NCBI GenBank assembly: GCA_040901675.1
Contig: JBBDYJ010000031.1
Location: 153,220 to 217,219 of the forward strand
Length of the DNA stretch: 64,000 nt
Source of the DNA: Pirellulales bacterium
Lineage (GTDB): Bacteria > Planctomycetota > Planctomycetia > Pirellulales > JAICIG01
Reading direction: 5' to 3'
Below the pieces are notes generated by a model, which ran no database searches, was not told the origin of the DNA, and saw nothing but the letters and a program-made list of their open reading frames with translations. Below, piece after piece: positions 59,026-64,000 of the stretch. Made by a program: the position numbers and the translations under genes. Positions within the stretch are counted from its first letter, which is position 1, and each line of letters begins with the position of its first letter.

Positions 59026-61155
59026 ATGACAAGCGACCCTCCTGTAAGGGGCTGCAAATCCGCCTCCGGCGGGCCTCCGCCGGCTGCCCTTCTGACTTCT
59101 GACTGGGCTGAAAGTCCGCCTTTGGAGGACCTTCTGCCTTCCGTTTTCCTCCTCGTCCTCAACTACAACGGTCGACAACTCCTGGCCCAATGCCTCCCCT
59201 CCGTCGTCGAGGCGGCACGGCTATCCAAACACCACTGCCGCGTGGCCGTCATCGACAACAGCTCGACCGACGGCTCGCTCGACTATCTGCGCTCCGAGCA
59301 CCCGGACGTGCAGGTCTTTTCACAACCCAACCGCGGCCTCTGCTCGTTCAATGAGGTCCTGGCCGAGCTGCCGGGCCGCGTGGCCGTGCTGCTCAATAAC
59401 GATATCAAGCTCGCCGCCGATGCAGTCGATCCTCTCGTCGAGCCGCTGATCGGCACGACTGGCCCCTGCTTTACGACGGGCCCCTGCTTCATGACGGCGC
59501 CCTTGTGCTGGCTGTTCGACGGCAAGACGTACGAGGGGCTCAAGACGGCGGTCGGCTGGCGCTGGGGATTGGTGCAGGCCACGGCCCGCTTCCCCGGCCA
59601 CGAGCCGGGCGCGCTTGAGGCCGGCCTGACCGCCTCGGCCGGGGCCGTGCTGGCGGTCGACCGCCAAAAATTCCTGGAGCTGGGCGGCTTCGATCCCTTG
59701 TATCTGCCCGGCCGTCTGGAAGACCTCGACTTCGCCTTCCGCGGCTACCAGGCCGGCTACCACGCCCGCTACGTGCCCGCCTCGGTCGCCTACCACAAGG
59801 GGCAGGCCAGCTTCGGCCAGGCCTACGGCCACGAGGGCTGCCACCGCCTCGCCCTGCGCAACACGCTCTTGTTCCAGTGGAAGAACCTGCGGCATCCGCT
59901 CCACGTCGGCCGGCACCTGGCGGCCCTGCCCCCGCGGATCCTCTTCGACATCGCCCGCGCCCCCTGGGCCCGCCCCGGCGCCCGCCTGATCTTCACCCGC
60001 GCGCTGTGCCAGGCCCTGCCCCGCCTGAGCGCCTGCCTCGCCAGCCTCTATCGCGCCCCCCGCGCGGCTGCCCAGTCGGAGCGGCTCTTCTTCCAGCGCT
60101 TCGCCTTCGCGCGGATGGCAGGAGCGCGCGAAGGGGGGAGCGGGGGAAGGGGGGAAGGGGCGAACGGACAGACCTTCAGCCTCCAGCCTCCAGCCTCCAG
60201 CCTTTCAGCGGTTCCGCCTGCGGCGGACTTTCAGCCCAGTTCCGCCTGCGACGGACTTTCAGCTCAGTCAGAAGTCAGTGGACACTGCGACGACGAGAGT
60301 CGTCGAGACGGGCTGGCAAGCCCGTCCTACGAGGAAGTAGGACGGCCTTCCCAGGCCGTCTCGCAGGCACGCTCCGCGTGCCTTCTGCCTTCTGCCTTCT
60401 GCCTTCTGCCTTCCTATCCCCTCTCCCGCTGGTACCTGCTCCCGGCGGCGGCCTGGCTGGCCGGCCGCCTGGCGGCCACGCGAGTGCGGCCCTGGCACAT
60501 CACGCTCGCCGGGCTCGTGGCGGCGGTATTGGCCGCGGCCCTCCTCGTCTGGCGGCCGGCGGCGGCCCACTGGGCGGCCTTGATCGTGCTCGTGGGCTGG
60601 TTCTGCGATCGTCTGGACGGCGCGCTTGCGCGGCGGCAGCAGACCGCTTCGCCCCGCGGCGCCTGGCTCGACGCCAACGTCGACGAGCTGGCCGATCTCG
60701 GCCTGCACCTGGCCGTCGCGGCCGCTGCCGCGTCGCTCACCGCTTCCGTCTGGCCCTGGTGCTGGTTCGTCGCCTTTTTGTTCGGCAAGTACCTCCTCAT
60801 GTACGGCCTGGCGGAGGAAGAGACGACAAGGCGACAAGGCGACAAGGCGACAAGGCGATCCGCCTCCGGCGAAATCGCGGCACGGGACGACGAGAGTCGT
60901 CAAGACGGGCTAGGAAGCCCGTCCTGCGAGGTAGGACGGCCCTCCCAGGCCGTCTCGTTCTCCCCTTGTCGCCTTGTCGCCTTGTCGCCTTGTCGTGCTT
61001 TGTGGCACTTGCCGGGCAACGCCGACGTGCGGCTGCACCTCCTCGTGGCCGCCTTAGCCAGCGGCTGGCTGACGGCCGAGCTGGCGCTGATCGCCGTCTA
61101 TTACAACGTGCGTTGGATCGCTCGCTACTCCCTCGTATTGAAGAGGCTCGAGTAG
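59026..61155 (+). CDS. GT2 glycosyltransferase fused to a CDP-alcohol phosphatidyltransferase domain through a repeat-derived linker
   Basis: RBS GGAGG; VLNYNG, IDNSSTDGS, LLNND, EDLDFAFR; then DRLDGALARR...GAWLDANVD. Confidence 0.82.
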   Translation: MTSDPPVRGCKSASGGPPPAALLTSDWAESPPLEDLLPSVFLLVLNYNGRQLLAQCLPSVVEAARLSKHHCRVAVIDNSSTDGSLDYLRSEHPDVQVFSQPNRGLCSFNEVLAELPGRVAVLLNNDIKLAADAVDPLVEPLIGTTGPCFTTGPCFMTAPLCWLFDGKTYEGLKTAVGWRWGLVQATARFPGHEPGALEAGLTASAGAVLAVDRQKFLELGGFDPLYLPGRLEDLDFAFRGYQAGYHARYVPASVAYHKGQASFGQAYGHEGCHRLALRNTLLFQWKNLRHPLHVGRHLAALPPRILFDIARAPWARPGARLIFTRALCQALPRLSACLASLYRAPRAAAQSERLFFQRFAFARMAGAREGGSGGRGEGANGQTFSLQPPASSLSAVPPAADFQPSSACDGLSAQSEVSGHCDDESRRDGLASPSYEEVGRPSQAVSQARSACLLPSAFCLLPSYPLSRWYLLPAAAWLAGRLAATRVRPWHITLAGLVAAVLAAALLVWRPAAAHWAALIVLVGWFCDRLDGALARRQQTASPRGAWLDANVDELADLGLHLAVAAAAASLTASVWPWCWFVAFLFGKYLLMYGLAEEETTRRQGDKATRRSASGEIAARDDESRQDGLGSPSCEVGRPSQAVSFSPCRLVALSPCRALWHLPGNADVRLHLLVAALASGWLTAELALIAVYYNVRWIARYSLVLKRLE

Positions 61156-61283
61156 TTCCTAGTTGCTAGTTCCTAGTAACGAAGTCCCAAGCCCCAAGAA
61201 CTAAGAACCTGCAACCACTGACCACAGACCAATGACTTCTGACCTCTGACTTCTGACTCTGTCTTCTGTCTCCTGACTCCTGC
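61155..61283. repeat. Mixed heptamer tandem repeats
   Basis: gttccta/gttgcta, ccaagcc/caagaac and ctgactt/ctgacct units. Confidence 0.75.
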
Positions 61284-61284
61284 C

Positions 61285-62229
61285 ATGATTTCCGCCGCCC
61301 TGATCACGCTCAACGAACAAGAAAACCTGCCGGCGCTGTTCGACACTCTCGGCTGGGTCGACGAGATCGTCGTCGTCGATGGCGGCTCGACCGACGCCAC
61401 GGTCGACATCGCCCGCCGCCACGGCGCACGCGTCTACCGGCGGCCTTTCGACACCTTCGCCCGCCAGCGGAACCATGCGCTGGCGCTGGCCCGCGGCGAC
61501 TGGGTGCTCTCGATCGACGCCGACGAGCGCCCGACGCCGGCCCTGGCCGCTGAGATCCGCGCACGCCTGCCGCACTGCCGCCAGAACGCCTTCCGAGTGC
61601 CGATCCGCAGCTCGATCTTCGGCCGCCCCATGCGTTTCTCCGGCACGCAAGACGACCGGCCCATCCGCCTCATGCGCCGCGGCCATGCCCGCTGGACGGG
61701 CGACGTCCACGAGGTCATCGAGTGTTCGGGCCGCATCGGCCGGCTGCGTGCCCCGCTGGAGCACATCACCTTGCCCGACCTGCAAGCCTTTCTTGCCAAG
61801 ATGGGCCGCTACACGACGCTCGAGGCCGCGGCCCGCGTGGCCCGCGGCCAACCGCCCACCGCCGCCGCGGAGTGGCTCGCTCCACCTCGCGAAGTCTTTC
61901 GCCGTTTGTTTTGGAAGCGCGGCTTTCTCGATGGCCCCGAAGGCTGGGCTTTCTGTCTCCTCAGCGGCCTATCCGCCTGGGTCCTCGCCCAGCGGCACCG
62001 CGTTGATTGGGAAGGGGGGAGCGGGGGAAGGGGGGATCGATGTGCCACTGCTTGGAGATTGCCGCCGTGGGCGGCATCGAGAAGCAGTGCTGGTGAGAAG
62101 CTGATGATCGACCATTGCAAAACGTGTTGCCAAAGCCATACGGCACTTCGTCCGCCTCCCGCGGACCTCGTCCTTCCGCCTTTCTGTCCCCCCTTCCCCC
62201 GATCCCCCCTTCCCCCCTTCGATCTATGA
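61285..62229 (+). CDS. GT2 glycosyltransferase (WaaE/KdtX-like) with low-complexity C-terminal extension
   Basis: ISAALITLNE, VDGGSTDAT, FARQRN, WVLSIDADER, VHE, GFLDG. Confidence 0.9.
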   Translation: MISAALITLNEQENLPALFDTLGWVDEIVVVDGGSTDATVDIARRHGARVYRRPFDTFARQRNHALALARGDWVLSIDADERPTPALAAEIRARLPHCRQNAFRVPIRSSIFGRPMRFSGTQDDRPIRLMRRGHARWTGDVHEVIECSGRIGRLRAPLEHITLPDLQAFLAKMGRYTTLEAAARVARGQPPTAAAEWLAPPREVFRRLFWKRGFLDGPEGWAFCLLSGLSAWVLAQRHRVDWEGGSGGRGDRCATAWRLPPWAASRSSAGEKLMIDHCKTCCQSHTALRPPPADLVLPPFCPPFPRSPLPPFDL

Positions 62230-63653
62230 ACGTTCCCTTGTTGCCGCTGGTTCTGGACCGTGTGGGATCAACGTTCCGCCGCGCGCTCGACCAGGAGGGA
62301 ATTCCTTGCGAGAGCTATGCTCCTGGGCCGCCCGCCGGCCGCTTCGTGCTCTACGACTCGCGCTGGGGACGCACGCCGCCGCTCGCCGATGGCCAGGTGC
62401 TGATCGACGTCCACCCCCTCCTGTCCGGGCTGGAAGCCCACCCCCTTGCCTCTTCAGCGCGCCGCGGCTGGCGGCTGGGCGAGCTGGTCGTGCAGGAAGA
62501 CGTGGCGCGCGTCGACCAGCGGGCCGTGCGGCAACGGCTGATGACCGCACTGCGGGCCGAGCTGGAGGCCGCCGGAGGCGTTTGGCTCAAACTCTCGGCC
62601 TTTCCCTTCCCGTACCAGAGCGCCTTCAACTTCCGCATCGACCACGATGAGTACGTCGAGCACGATTTCGACGCCACGCTCTCGGCGCTGGCGGGCCATG
62701 ACGGCGCCGTCAGTCACTACGTGTGTGCATCGACGCACGCCGGCCACCCGCGGGCCATGGCCCAGTTGCGCGGCCGCCACGTCGGCTCGCACGGCTTCTT
62801 TCATCACACCTATCTCGACCAGGCCGAGAACTACCGTAACATCGGCCGCGGCATCCAGGCCCTCGCCGCCGCGGGCCTCGAGCCCGCCGGCTTCGCCGCG
62901 CCCCACGGCCGCTTCAACCGCGGCCTGCTCGATGCGCTGGCCCAGTTGGGCGTCTCGCACAGCTCTGAGTTCGGCCTGGCCTACGACGACCTCCCGTTCT
63001 TTGCCGGCGAGCCCGACGTGCTGCAAATACCGATTCACCCCATCTGCCTCGGCATTGCCCTCGACGCGGCCCGCCAGAGCCGCGGCCGGGTCAGCGACGC
63101 CGCCGCGGCCGCGCTGCTCCGCGACCATTTCTGCCGCGTGGCCGAGGCCAAGCGCCAGGCCTGCGAGCCGATCTTTCTCTACGGCCACCCCGACGGCCGG
63201 CTGGGCCAACACCCCGAAGTCTTGCGAGATTTGTTGAGCACTGTGGCGGGCATGGCCGGCGTGTGGATGACCACCCTGGCCGGCTTCGAGGCCTGGTGGC
63301 GGGCCCGGTCCCGTGTGCAACTGCAAGTGTTCTGGCACGACGGCGATCTGAAGATTGTGGCCGCGGGGCGGACCGGCGGTTTTCGTTTCGGCGTCGAGCT
63401 CTGGCGAGGCCCGCAGGTGGCCACGGCGCCGATCGATGGCGACGTGCAGACCTTCTCGCCGCAGGCAGCCGCATTCCACTGGCGGCCCGCGCCGCCGGTG
63501 TTGGAGACCGTGGCGGTCGAGCAGCCCGCCGGCATGCGCGCCGGCCTGCGCCGCCAGCTCGACTGGGAGCGCGTGACCCCGGCCGGGGAGATATCCACCC
63601 GTACTTGGCGCGGCTGGGCCAAGCGCACCCTGCGGCGGCTGAGTAGTTCGTAG
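62226..63653 (+). CDS. Polysaccharide deacetylase-family protein
   Basis: FRIDHDE, GSHGFFH, FAAPHG, FLYGHP. Confidence 0.8.
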   Translation: MNVPLLPLVLDRVGSTFRRALDQEGIPCESYAPGPPAGRFVLYDSRWGRTPPLADGQVLIDVHPLLSGLEAHPLASSARRGWRLGELVVQEDVARVDQRAVRQRLMTALRAELEAAGGVWLKLSAFPFPYQSAFNFRIDHDEYVEHDFDATLSALAGHDGAVSHYVCASTHAGHPRAMAQLRGRHVGSHGFFHHTYLDQAENYRNIGRGIQALAAAGLEPAGFAAPHGRFNRGLLDALAQLGVSHSSEFGLAYDDLPFFAGEPDVLQIPIHPICLGIALDAARQSRGRVSDAAAAALLRDHFCRVAEAKRQACEPIFLYGHPDGRLGQHPEVLRDLLSTVAGMAGVWMTTLAGFEAWWRARSRVQLQVFWHDGDLKIVAAGRTGGFRFGVELWRGPQVATAPIDGDVQTFSPQAAAFHWRPAPPVLETVAVEQPAGMRAGLRRQLDWERVTPAGEISTRTWRGWAKRTLRRLSSS

Positions 63654-63695
63654 TGACCCGATTCATCGGGTCTGTAAAGCATCCGATCGGAGAGG

Positions 63696-64000
63696 ATGAA
63701 TCGCGTGAAGACGAGTAAGGCGGACCCCATAAATGGGGTCACTACGAACGAGCTACCTCACGCGGTGCGTGAGGGCTACTTTACGAACGACCCCATAAAT
63801 GGGGTCACTACGAACACGAACCTGCGCGTCTTGCTGGCGGGCAAGCTCACGGCGCTGGCTGCGCCGGGCGGCGCGGAGACACAACTGCAGGCGCTCGCGC
63901 GGGCACTCACCGGGCTCGGCGTCGACGCCCGACCCTGGCGGCCATGGGAGGAACCGCTCCAGGCCGACTGCCTGCACCTGGTCGGCAGCGAGCCGGAGCA
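63696..64000 (+). CDS. Glycosyltransferase family 4, N-terminal part (runs off the window)
   Basis: RBS GGAGAGG, ATG at 63696, in frame with LRVLLAGKLTALAAPGGAETQL. Confidence 0.75.
   Translation, partial: MNRVKTSKADPINGVTTNELPHAVREGYFTNDPINGVTTNTNLRVLLAGKLTALAAPGGAETQLQALARALTGLGVDARPWRPWEEPLQADCLHLVGSEPE

Noticed and set aside
1..64000. tRNA or rRNA genes and intact transposases
   Set aside because: None recognised by eye; a tRNAscan/Rfam run would be needed to exclude them

Overview
High-GC bacterial chromosome segment, most likely Planctomycetota (Pirellulales-like). This is inferred from a PVC-type CxxCH protein, DUF1080/DUF1326 proteins, a C-terminally extended ECF sigma factor and Tat-exported sugar enzymes. 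The housekeeping backbone includes xerC, hisI, birA, sucCD, NtrC and NarL regulators, an HD-GYP protein, an Flp pilin and a glycosyltransferase cluster. A ~16.6 kb defence island (~16.8-33.5 kb) interrupts it. The island carries a SNF2-DUF3883 / YhcG / DUF1156 methylase / HEPN-DUF499 ATPase restriction-like module, two extra HEPN-like genes, and a CapH/CapP-like regulator pair that faces a damaged JAB-E1 (ubiquitin-like conjugation) gene across a clear promoter with two operators. Other notable structures: (1) two inverted 108-bp MITEs bracket a two-gene HTTM operon next to a secreted Cys/His-rich peptide gene; (2) a ~155-bp-period array lies at 33.9-34.5 kb; (3) a decayed integron retains one intact PIN cassette and attC; (4) REP-type palindromes are translated in frame inside glycosyltransferase genes; (5) many accessory genes have lost their catalytic cores or 5' ends. 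All family assignments come from motif recognition by eye; no database or HMM search was run.
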